Source: Mycobacteriales bacterium (GTDB lineage: Bacteria; Actinomycetota; Actinomycetes; Mycobacteriales; CADCTP01). Taken from it: DNA of 64,000 nt. A model generated the notes under the pieces. That model did no database searches and was not told the DNA's origin. It was given only the letters and a program-made list of their open reading frames with translations. Both the position numbers and the translations under genes were made by a program. Location of the stretch: NCBI GenBank assembly GCA_045806925.1, contig JBJMII010000123.1, forward strand, positions 1,806 to 65,805, written 5' to 3'. Positions 36,235 to 44,304 of this stretch are shown here, piece after piece (the first letter of the stretch is position 1; every line of letters begins with the position of its first letter).

Positions 36235-36768
36235 TCAGCGGTCGGACCAGTCGGCGGACATCACCTCGCGCATCGCGCGGCGCTTGGTCCGCCCGTGCAG
36301 CCGGTCCAGGAAGAGCAGCCCGTGCAGGTGGTCGGTCTCGTGCTGGAGGCAGCGGGCGAGCTGCCCGTCGCCGGCGACCCGGACCGGCGTCCCGGTCAGG
36401 TCCACCCCCTCGACCGCCGCGTACGACGGGCGGGCGTTGTCGTAGTAGAGCGCTGGCACGGACAGGCAGCCCTCGCCGGCCTCGTCCAGCTCGCCGCCGG
36501 TGGACACCAGCACCGGGTTGACCACGTGCCCGACGTGCCGCTGGTCGGAGCCGTCCGGGCAGTCGTAGACGAAGACCGACAGCCCGACGCCGATCTGGTT
36601 CGCCGCGAGCCCGACGCCCTGCGCCGCGTACATGGACGCGAACATGTCGTCGACCAGCCGGGCCAGCGACTCGTCGAAGTCGACTACCTCGTCGGTCGGC
36701 GTGCGCAGTACCGGGTCGCCGAAGAGCCGGATCGGCCGCGCCACCCCCTTGGTTCCCTGCGCGGCCAT
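36235..36768 (-). CDS. def: peptide deformylase
   Basis: It has the GVGLAANQIG, EGCLSVP and QHETDHLHG motifs. The ATG at 36768 (MAAQG) is preferred over the one at 36789. Confidence 0.9.
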   Translation of the reverse strand: MAAQGTKGVARPIRLFGDPVLRTPTDEVVDFDESLARLVDDMFASMYAAQGVGLAANQIGVGLSVFVYDCPDGSDQRHVGHVVNPVLVSTGGELDEAGEGCLSVPALYYDNARPSYAAVEGVDLTGTPVRVAGDGQLARCLQHETDHLHGLLFLDRLHGRTKRRAMREVMSADWSDR

Positions 36769-36800
36769 CCGGCCATGGTACCGACGCATCGGTGCCGGGT

Positions 36801-37976
36801 TCAGCCGCCGCTGTGCCGCCCGGCCCAGGTCCAGGCGTATCCCGGGTCCTCGCAGGCACGCCCGGCGGGTGCGAGCGCCAGCGGGCGGAAGGTGTCCACC
36901 ATGACGGCCAGCTCGTCGAACGCCTCGACCCCGAGCGCCCGCTCCACCGAGCCCGGCTGCGGCCCGTGCGTGAAGCCGCTGGGGTGCAGCGAGATGGAGC
37001 CCTGCTCGATCCCGGAACCCTTGCGGGCCTCGTAGTTCCCGCCGGTGTAGAAGAGCACCTCGTCCGAGTCGACGTTGGCGTGGTTGTACGGCACCGGGAT
37101 CGCCAGCGGGTGGTAGTCCACCTTGCGCGGGACGAAGGAGCAGATCACGAAGTTGGGTCCCTCGAAGGTCTGGTGCACCGGCGGCGGCTGGTGCACCCGG
37201 CCGGTGATCGGCTCGAAGTCCGCCAGGTTGAACGCGTACGGGTAGAGGCAGCCATCCCAGCCGACCACGTCGAAGGGATGCTCCGCGTACGTCAGCCGGG
37301 TCATCCCGGTGCGGTGTCGCACCAGGACGTCCACATCGGACCCGCTCTGCCGCAACGGCTCCGCGGGCGCGCGCAGGTCGCGCTCGCAGTACGGCGAGGA
37401 CTCCAGGAACTGGCCCTTGGCCGAGAGGTACCGCCGGGGCGGCCCGATGTGCCCGCGCGCCTCGACGATGAGTGTCCTGAGTGGACTGTCACCGGTCGGC
37501 ACCCAGCGGTGCGTGGTCGAGGTGGGCAGCAGCACGTAGTCGCCGGGGCCGACCTCGAGCGCGCCGAGAACGGTCTGCACCGTGGCCGAGCCGGACTCGA
37601 CGTAGACGCACTCGTCGCCGGTGGCGTTGCGGTAGAGCGGGGAGGGCCGGTCGGCGACCGCGTACCCGAGCCGGACGTCGTCGTTGGCGAGCAGCACCTG
37701 CCGGCCGGTGACCACGTCCGCGGGGCCCGCGTCGAGCTTGTGGGTGCGCAGGTGCCGGGGCAGCAGCGGGTGGTTGGCGGTCAGCGTCACCGCCGGCTCC
37801 TCGTGCACCCGGGCGTCGACGATCGCGGTCGGCAGGTGCTCGTGGTAGAGCAGCGCCGAGTCCGCGGAGAAGCCCTCGACACCCATCAGCTCCTCGGCGT
37901 AGAGCCCGCCGTCGGGCTTGCGGAACTGGGTGTGCCGCTTGCCCGGCACCTCGCCGACCCGCCGGTAGTACGGCAT
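36801..37976 (-). CDS. hmgA: homogentisate 1,2-dioxygenase
   Basis: This 391-aa protein begins MPYYRRVGEVPGKRHTQF, a short actinobacterial HGD form. AGGAGG lies 9-14 nt upstream of the ATG. Confidence 0.88.
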   Translation of the reverse strand: MPYYRRVGEVPGKRHTQFRKPDGGLYAEELMGVEGFSADSALLYHEHLPTAIVDARVHEEPAVTLTANHPLLPRHLRTHKLDAGPADVVTGRQVLLANDDVRLGYAVADRPSPLYRNATGDECVYVESGSATVQTVLGALEVGPGDYVLLPTSTTHRWVPTGDSPLRTLIVEARGHIGPPRRYLSAKGQFLESSPYCERDLRAPAEPLRQSGSDVDVLVRHRTGMTRLTYAEHPFDVVGWDGCLYPYAFNLADFEPITGRVHQPPPVHQTFEGPNFVICSFVPRKVDYHPLAIPVPYNHANVDSDEVLFYTGGNYEARKGSGIEQGSISLHPSGFTHGPQPGSVERALGVEAFDELAVMVDTFRPLALAPAGRACEDPGYAWTWAGRHSGG

Positions 37977-38002
37977 CGCGCGCGCCTCCTCTACGTCCGC
38001 TG

Positions 38003-38038
38003 AGCGGACACCACTGTCCTCTGATAGGACACTCCGCT
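38003..38038. promoter_or_regulatory. imperfect palindrome, candidate IclR-type operator in the hmgA divergent promoter region
   Basis: The sequence is AGCGGA-caccac-TGTCCT-ctgat-AGGACA-c-TCCGCT, with a perfect core TGTCCT-N5-AGGACA. It lies between hmgA (-) and the ORF/IclR/fahA operon (+). Confidence 0.4.
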
Positions 38039-38041
38039 ATC

Positions 38042-38896
38042 GTGGCGGGCATGTCAAGGGCGCTGCTGGCCGGGCTGGTGGACGACGCCGCGGTGTTCCC
38101 GCCGGGCAGCGCGCCCATGCCGGTCGCGGTGCCGGCGCACCGGTACCACCTCGCCGCGCCGTACGCGGAGCTGATCGGGCCGTTCCTGTGCCCGCTCGAC
38201 CGGGTCGGGGAACTGCGGGCCGAGCTGCGGGCCGGTGACCGCCTGGCCGTCGGGCTGATCGCCGGGCCGGACCGCGCCGGGCTCGCGGACGCGGTGGCCG
38301 CGGTGCAGGCGGACGGGCGGCTGCACCTGGACCGGGTGGAGCTGCCGCTGGACGCCGGCGGGCCGGCTGCGACCGTCGCCGCGGTGGACCCGCTGCTGGC
38401 GCCGGACCTGCCGGTGTGGGTCGAGCTGCCGTGGGCGGACCCGGGCCGGTCGGCGCTGGCCGAGCTGCAGGCTCGGCAGGCGCGCCGGGCGGAGCGGCTG
38501 GAGTGGCCGGAGCGGGCGGAGTGGCCGGAGCGGCCGGTGTACCCGAAGTTCCGGACCGGCGGCGCGGTGGTGCCGCCGGTCGGCGCGCTCGCCGAGCGGA
38601 TCGCGGCCTGCCACCACGGCGTGCCGCTCCCCTTCAAGTGCACTGCCGGGCTGCACTCCGCGGTGCGGCACGACGATGCGCACGGCTTCCTCAACGTGCT
38701 GGTGGCCTCCGGTGTCGCGGCCCGCGGCGGTCCCGTGGACGAGGTGGCCGCGGCGCTCGCCGAGACCTCCGCGGACCGGCTGGTCGCCGGGCTGCGCGAG
38801 GTGGACACCCGCGGGGCGTTCCGGTCCTTCGGCTCGTGCAGCGTCACCGAGCCGCTGGCCGACCTGGCCGCCCTCGGCCTCTGGTCGCCGTCGTGA
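38042..38896 (+). CDS. conserved-looking hypothetical protein in the homogentisate cluster
   Basis: The 284-aa frame has normal composition, with motifs AAVFPPG, PKFRTGG and FKCTAGLHSAVRH. Its stop overlaps the IclR start (GTGA). An alternative leaderless ATG at 38051 is preceded by TATCGT. Confidence 0.7.
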   Translation: MAGMSRALLAGLVDDAAVFPPGSAPMPVAVPAHRYHLAAPYAELIGPFLCPLDRVGELRAELRAGDRLAVGLIAGPDRAGLADAVAAVQADGRLHLDRVELPLDAGGPAATVAAVDPLLAPDLPVWVELPWADPGRSALAELQARQARRAERLEWPERAEWPERPVYPKFRTGGAVVPPVGALAERIAACHHGVPLPFKCTAGLHSAVRHDDAHGFLNVLVASGVAARGGPVDEVAAALAETSADRLVAGLREVDTRGAFRSFGSCSVTEPLADLAALGLWSPS

Positions 38897-39543
38897 CCGC
38901 CCCGGCCCGGGTCGAGTCGTCGCAGGCGCTGGACCGCGGGCTGCGGCTGCTCGCCCTGCTGGCCGGGGCCGACCGGGGCCTGTCGGTGTCCGAGCTTGCC
39001 GACGGCCTGGGCACCAGCCGGGCCGCGGTCTACCGGTTGGTCGCCGCGCTGGAGGCGCATGCCATGGTCCGCCGGCCCGCGGACGGCCGGGTCCGGCTCG
39101 GGCTCGGGCTGCTCGACCTCGCCCGGCGCGTGCTGCCCGAGCTTCGCGACGCCGCCCGCGGCCCGCTCCGCGCGCTCGCCGAGCGGGTCGGCGCCACCGC
39201 CCACCTCACCGTCCTGGACGGCGACGACGCGCTGGCCGTCGCCGTCGTCGAGCCGTCCTGGACCGACTTCCACGTCGGGTACCGGGTGGGCACCCGGCAC
39301 CGGGTCGACCGGGGCGCCGCCGGCCGGGCGATCCTGCTCGGCCGCGCGCCGGCCACCGGCGGGGACATCGCCGTCACCGCCGGCGAGCTGCAGCCCGGCG
39401 CGCACGGCGTAGCCGCCCCGGTCCGGGACCTGCCGGGCCTGGAAGCCAGCGTCGGCGTCGTCGCGCTGGCCGACCTCGACGCCGCCGCCGTCGGTCCCGC
39501 GGTGGTCGAGGCGGCCGCCGCCGTCGGCCGCCGGCTCCGATAG
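38893..39543 (+). CDS. IclR-family transcriptional regulator
   Basis: It has the N-terminal wHTH ALDRGLRLLALLAGADRGLSVSELADGLGTSRAAVYRLVAALE and a C-terminal effector domain. Confidence 0.85.
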   Translation: MTAPARVESSQALDRGLRLLALLAGADRGLSVSELADGLGTSRAAVYRLVAALEAHAMVRRPADGRVRLGLGLLDLARRVLPELRDAARGPLRALAERVGATAHLTVLDGDDALAVAVVEPSWTDFHVGYRVGTRHRVDRGAAGRAILLGRAPATGGDIAVTAGELQPGAHGVAAPVRDLPGLEASVGVVALADLDAAAVGPAVVEAAAAVGRRLR

Positions 39544-39554
39544 CCTCGGCAGGC

Positions 39555-40766
39555 GTGACGACGACCTGGCTGCCGGTGCCGGCCGACTCCCCGTTCGGGA
39601 TCGCCAACCTGCCGTACGGGGTGGTCGAGTGGCCGGGCCACCAACGCCCCCGGGTGGCCGTGCCGATCGGCGAGTTGGTGCTCGACCTCGCCGGCGCCCT
39701 GGAGCGCATCGACGGCGAGCTCGCCTTCCTGGTCCGCGGCCCGTCGCTGGACCACCTGCTCGCGGAGGGCCCCGATGGCTGGGCGGCGCTGCGGGCGACG
39801 CTGGTGCACCTGCTCAGCGACGAGCGGCACCGCGAGGTGGTCGAGCCGGCGCTGCTGCCGCGGGGCCAGGTGCGCCCGGTGCTGCCCTTCACGGTCGCCG
39901 ACTACGTCGACTTCTACTCCTCGGAGCAGCACGCGACGAACATCGGCCGCATCTTCCGGCCGGACTCCCCGCCGCTGCCGCCGAACTGGAAGCACCTCCC
40001 GATCGGCTACCACGGCCGCGCCGGCACGGTCGCGGTGTCCGGCACCGACGTCGTCCGGCCGCGCGGGCAGCGCAAGGCACCGGACTCGCCGGCGCCGGTG
40101 TTCGGACCGTCGGTCCGGCTCGACATCGAGGCGGAGGTCGGCTTCGTCGTCGGCGCCCCGTCGGTGCTGGGCAGGCCGGTGTCCGCCGCCGACTGGCGGC
40201 GGCACGTCTTCGGCGTCCTGCTGGTCAACGACTGGAGCGCGCGCGACATCCAGGCATGGGAGTACCAGCCGCTCGGGCCGTTCCTGGGCAAGTCGTTCCT
40301 CACCTCGGTGTCGCCCTGGGTGGTGCCGCTGGCCGCGCTGGAGGACGCCTTCGTCGAGCCGCCGGAGCAGGACCCGGCGCCGCTGGACTACCTGCGGCCG
40401 GCCGGGCCGGGGCTCGCGCTGCAGCTGGAGATCCGGCTCAACGGGCAGGTGGTGTCCCGGCCGTCCGCCGCGGGCCTCTACTGGACCGCCGCGCAGCAGC
40501 TTGCGCACCTGACGGTCAACGGCGCCTGCCTGCGGACCGGGGACCTCTTCGCCTCCGGCACCGTCTCGGGCGACCGGCGCGACCAGCTGGGCTCGCTGAT
40601 CGAGCTGACCTGGAACGGCAGCGAGCCGCTCGAGCTGCCCGGCGGCGAGACCCGTGACTTCCTCTCCGACGGGGACACGGTGACCATCGCGGCCACCGCG
40701 CCGGGCCCGGACGGGACCCGGATCGGCTTCGGCGAGGTCACCGGCACGGTGGTACCGGCGGCCTGA
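39555..40766 (+). CDS. fahA: fumarylacetoacetase
   Basis: It has FGIANLPYGV, DFYSSEQHATNIG, WKHLPIGYHGRAG and GDLFASGT. Confidence 0.9.
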   Translation: MTTTWLPVPADSPFGIANLPYGVVEWPGHQRPRVAVPIGELVLDLAGALERIDGELAFLVRGPSLDHLLAEGPDGWAALRATLVHLLSDERHREVVEPALLPRGQVRPVLPFTVADYVDFYSSEQHATNIGRIFRPDSPPLPPNWKHLPIGYHGRAGTVAVSGTDVVRPRGQRKAPDSPAPVFGPSVRLDIEAEVGFVVGAPSVLGRPVSAADWRRHVFGVLLVNDWSARDIQAWEYQPLGPFLGKSFLTSVSPWVVPLAALEDAFVEPPEQDPAPLDYLRPAGPGLALQLEIRLNGQVVSRPSAAGLYWTAAQQLAHLTVNGACLRTGDLFASGTVSGDRRDQLGSLIELTWNGSEPLELPGGETRDFLSDGDTVTIAATAPGPDGTRIGFGEVTGTVVPAA

Positions 40767-40771
40767 GAGCG

Positions 40772-41116
40772 TCAGCGGGCCGGCTCCGGGCGCTGGCAGG
40801 TCATGCACAGCGCCATGGCCGGGAGGATCTCCAGCCGTTCCAGTGGGATCGTCGTGTGGCACCGCACGCAGCGGCCGTAGCGGCCGGCCCGCATCCGGGC
40901 CAGCGCGGCGTCGATGCCGGCGAGCGCGACCAGGGCGGCCCGGCGGAGGGTCACGGTGACCTCCTCGCGCGCCTGGTCGGTCGGCGCCTCGGCGCGCAGC
41001 GCGCTGAGCTGGTCGGCGCGGAAGCGGCGCTGCTCCAGCAGGGCCGCACGCAGCGCGGGCAGGTGGCGGGTGAGGTGGGCAGGGGTGGGGGCAGGGGCGG
41101 ACGGGACTGCCAACAC
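40772..41116 (-). CDS. TraR/DksA-family C4 zinc-finger protein
   Basis: It has a coiled-coil N-terminus and a C-terminal GRCVRCHTTIPLERLEILPMALCMTCQ-like CxxC...CxxC. Confidence 0.8.
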   Translation of the reverse strand: MLAVPSAPAPTPAHLTRHLPALRAALLEQRRFRADQLSALRAEAPTDQAREEVTVTLRRAALVALAGIDAALARMRAGRYGRCVRCHTTIPLERLEILPAMALCMTCQRPEPAR

Positions 41117-41221
41117 GGTCTCCTGACGGGGTACGTGACGGCGGCCTGCGGGCGTCCGTCACGAGGCGCCGCGGTCGGCGCGCACCACGGTCTCCGGTGC
41201 GGGTCGTACCACGCGGCCGGG

Positions 41222-41599
41222 TCAGCGGACAGCGAGCGGCGGTCCGCGACCCGGCCGGGGCGGTCGTCCGGACCGGGGCCGCCGGGCCCGCTCGGCCAGG
41301 ACCGCGGCGGCGAGTCCGACGAGCAGCGCGAGCACCAGCGCCACCGGCAGCACCGCGGCGACCGACGGCGCCTGTTCGGCGCTCGTCGGCTGCAGCCGCT
41401 TGGCCTGCGGCGGGGCGACGGCCTTGGCGCCGCTGACCGTGCCGGTCACGGCGCCGGTCCAGGACGCGGCTGCGGGCACCGGCGAGAACGCCAGGACGGC
41501 CAGCACGGTCCCGATCAGCCAGGCGGCGCCGAACCGTCCCGAGCGCGACCCGACACCGTGCACGTCTGCTGAACGCGCGGAGGCCGGTCCCCGTTCCAT
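41222..41599 (-). CDS. hypothetical small protein with N- and C-terminal hydrophobic segments
   Basis: The frame from MERGPAS has a signal-like WLIGTVLAVLAF, then a C-terminal hydrophobic stretch and an Arg-rich tail. Support is limited to composition. Confidence 0.35.
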   Translation of the reverse strand: MERGPASARSADVHGVGSRSGRFGAAWLIGTVLAVLAFSPVPAAASWTGAVTGTVSGAKAVAPPQAKRLQPTSAEQAPSVAAVLPVALVLALLVGLAAAVLAERARRPRSGRPPRPGRGPPLAVR

Positions 41600-41610
41600 T
41601 TCCCGACGCC

Positions 41611-42462
41611 CTATACGAAGCCGAACATCTGCGTCCACATGTTGCGGCGGGCGTCGTACCCCACGCCCGTCGCCTTGGACTGGCAGTTGAGGATGTTCGC
41701 CCGGTGGCCGGGGCTGTCCATCCAGCCCTCGACCACCGCGGCCGGTGTCGGGTAGCCGACCGCGATGTTCTCCCCGGACCAGCTCGGGTAGCCGGCGGCC
41801 GTCGCCCGGTCACCCGGCCCCTCGCCGTCCGGCGAGGTGTGGCTGAAGTAGTCCCGGTCCACCATGTCCTCGCTGTGCGCCTGCGCGGCGGCAGTCAGCC
41901 GGGGGTCGACCCGCAGGGCCGCGCAGCCGGCCCCGGCCCGCTCCGCATTCGTCAGCCGGGTCACCTCCGCGGTGAGCCCGGCGGGCGGCGCCGGAGCACT
42001 GCTGGTCGGCGGTGCCGCGGCGCTGCTGGTGGGCGGTGCAGGCGGGGAGGTCGGCCCGGCCGTTGGTGCCCGGCTCGCCGGCCGGCTGGGAGCCCGGCTC
42101 GCCGGCCCGGACGCGGTGGCCGACGGCGCGGTCGCCGTCGAGGGCGTGGCCGGACCGGCGCCCTCGGCCATAGGCCCGAGCGCAGGCGCCGGCCGCTCGT
42201 CCCGGGACGCCTGGTCGTCCGGCGCCGGCCGCGTGCTCGGCCGAGCGTCGGCCCGGTTGTCCGGGACCCGGTTGTCGGAGATCAGTCCGGTCGGACGGCC
42301 GCCGCCGTCGCGCAGGCCCAACGCCCCGACGGCGCCGGTGGCGACGACGAGCACGGCGAGGAACGCGGCGAGCGGCGCCGTACGCCGTGCCGCCGCCGAG
42401 GATGCCGACTGCGCCGAGTGGCGGCCGCGCGCGTGCTTGCTGTGCCTGCCCGGACCCGCCAT
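41611..42462 (-). CDS. CAP/SCP/PR1-like domain secreted protein
   Basis: It has an N-terminal TM/signal segment, a Pro/Ala/Ser-rich linker, then NAERAGAGCAALRVDPRL...DYFSHTSPDG...GENIA...GWMDSPGHRANIL. Confidence 0.8.
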   Translation of the reverse strand: MAGPGRHSKHARGRHSAQSASSAAARRTAPLAAFLAVLVVATGAVGALGLRDGGGRPTGLISDNRVPDNRADARPSTRPAPDDQASRDERPAPALGPMAEGAGPATPSTATAPSATASGPASRAPSRPASRAPTAGPTSPPAPPTSSAAAPPTSSAPAPPAGLTAEVTRLTNAERAGAGCAALRVDPRLTAAAQAHSEDMVDRDYFSHTSPDGEGPGDRATAAGYPSWSGENIAVGYPTPAAVVEGWMDSPGHRANILNCQSKATGVGYDARRNMWTQMFGFV

Positions 42463-42544
42463 CGAGTGCCTCTCCCCGCCGGAGTCCCCCCGGACCGCGC
42501 GTTACCATACCGGTCCGTGACCGAGGATCAAGTCCCTTGACTCC

Positions 42545-43132
42545 TTACGGGTGAATCGCCTCCCACAGCGCGATCAGCGCGAACACGGCGAAGAGCACGC
42601 CCGCTATCCGCTGTACGAGCTGGAGCGGCACCCGCCGGGTGATGATCCCGCCGAGCACGACCGCCAGAGCGGCCACCCCGACCAGCGCGACGAACGACCC
42701 GATGAAGACCGCGATCGGATCCTGGTAACGCGCCGTGAGCGCGGCGGTGGCCAGCTGGGACGCGTCCCCCCACTCGGCGGCGAACAGCACGCCGAACGAG
42801 GTGGCCGCCACCGCCAGCGGCCCGCGCCGCGCCGCCCTTGCCGCGCCGAGCTCGTCCTCCTCCTCGGCGCTGCCGCCGTGCAGCAGGATGACCGCCCCGA
42901 TCCCGAAGAGCACCGCCACCACCCCGGCCAGCAGCCGCTCCGGCAGCAGCGTCAGCAGCTGCCCGGCCGTCACCGCGATCGCACACTGCACCGCGAACGC
43001 CGCCGACACCCCGAGCAGCACCGGCCCCGCCCGATACCGGGTGGACAGCACCAGCGTCGCCATCAGCGTCTTGTCCGGCAGCTCGACCGGCAGGATGACC
43101 AGCAACGTGGTCAGCACGACCGCGGGGTTCAC
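42545..43132 (-). CDS. UPF0016 (GDT1/TMEM165) family cation transporter
   Basis: It has two ExGD-type repeats (ELPDKT and AEWGDAS) in a 6-TM protein. Its GTG overlaps the larC stop (GTGA). Confidence 0.85.
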   Translation of the reverse strand: MNPAVVLTTLLVILPVELPDKTLMATLVLSTRYRAGPVLLGVSAAFAVQCAIAVTAGQLLTLLPERLLAGVVAVLFGIGAVILLHGGSAEEEDELGAARAARRGPLAVAATSFGVLFAAEWGDASQLATAALTARYQDPIAVFIGSFVALVGVAALAVVLGGIITRRVPLQLVQRIAGVLFAVFALIALWEAIHP

Positions 43133-44304
43133 CGGCCCGCACCTTCGTACCCGGCGGCGGTGGCGGCGCGCAGGACCTCCTTGACCGGCAGGCCGAGGGC
43201 GTCGGCGGCGGCACGCACGTCCTCGTACTCGACGCTGACGTTGACGACGCGTCCGGCCAGCCGGGCGAGCTTGGTGCGGATGCGCCGGCCGCCGACCTCG
43301 ACCTCGCCGGCGGCGCGGTCCAACGCCGTCTTGCCGACGGTCAGCTCCCGGACGCCGAGCGTGCTGGTCCCGACGAACATCTCGGTGCGGACTACGTCGA
43401 CCTCGCCCGGTCCGCAGAGGACGTGCAGGGTGTGCGCGGGCCGACCCTTCTTCATCAGGATCGGGGTCAGCCAGGCATCCGACGCGCCGGCCGCGAGCAG
43501 CCGTTCCAGCACGTCCGGCCAGACCCGCGGATCGAGATCGTCGACGTTCGTCTCCAGGACCACCGCGCTGCCCGCTGCCGGCGTCGGCTCGCCGAGCACG
43601 AGGCGCAGCAGGTTGGGCAGCTCGGCGAGCTCCCGGCCGCCGGCGCCCGCGCCGGTCCGGACCGGCGTCATCGGCGGCAGCGGACCCCACTCGGTCACGC
43701 TCGCGGCCAGCAGGGCGGCCCCGGTCGGCGTGCACATCTCGTACGGCGCCGGGCCGCCCCGGATCGGCGCGCCCGCCTCGGCGAGCAGCCCGAGGACGGC
43801 CGGTGCCGGCACCGGGACGACCCCGTGCGCGCTGCGTGCGGTGCCGCCGGAGCCGACGGTCACCGGACCGGCCACCAGCCGGTCCAGGCCGAGGGCGTGC
43901 AGCCCGGCCGCCACGCCCACCACGTCCGCGATCGCGTCGAGCGCGCCGACCTCGTGGAAGTGCACCTCGTCCGGGCTGGTGCGGTGCACCGCGGCCTCGG
44001 CGCGGGCCAGCCGGGCGAAGGCGTCCAGCGCGGTGGCCCGGACCGGGTCCGGCAGTCCGGCAGCCTCGACCAGGCCGCGGACGTCGGCCCAGGTCCGGGT
44101 CCCGGCCGTGTCCGGCACCCGGACCTCGACCGCGGTGGCCCCGATCCCGTGCCGCTGCACCGTGGACACCGAGAGCTCGACCGGCTCGACGCCGATCGCG
44201 TCGACGGCGGCGCGCAGCGTGCCGGCCGGCACGCCGGCGTCGACCAGCACGCCGAGCAGCATGTCGCCGCTGGCGCCGGCCGCGCAGTCCAGCCACCCGA
44301 TCAC
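43129..44304 (-). CDS. larC: nickel-pincer cofactor nickel insertase LarC (DUF111)
   Basis: It has IGWLDCAAGASGDMLLG, HFHEVGALDAIADVVG and, at the C-terminus, MKKGRPAHTL. It is a single uninterrupted frame, and its GTG overlaps the larB stop. Confidence 0.85.
   Translation of the reverse strand: MIGWLDCAAGASGDMLLGVLVDAGVPAGTLRAAVDAIGVEPVELSVSTVQRHGIGATAVEVRVPDTAGTRTWADVRGLVEAAGLPDPVRATALDAFARLARAEAAVHRTSPDEVHFHEVGALDAIADVVGVAAGLHALGLDRLVAGPVTVGSGGTARSAHGVVPVPAPAVLGLLAEAGAPIRGGPAPYEMCTPTGAALLAASVTEWGPLPPMTPVRTGAGAGGRELAELPNLLRLVLGEPTPAAGSAVVLETNVDDLDPRVWPDVLERLLAAGASDAWLTPILMKKGRPAHTLHVLCGPGEVDVVRTEMFVGTSTLGVRELTVGKTALDRAAGEVEVGGRRIRTKLARLAGRVVNVSVEYEDVRAAADALGLPVKEVLRAATAAGYEGAGR

Noticed and set aside
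41222-41599. The C-terminus of the small ORF could be an LPXTG-type sortase signal (LQPTS followed by a hydrophobic stretch and an Arg tail).
   Set aside because: LQPTS does not match LPXTG/LAXTG, no sortase gene is in the window, and the ORF itself is weakly supported.
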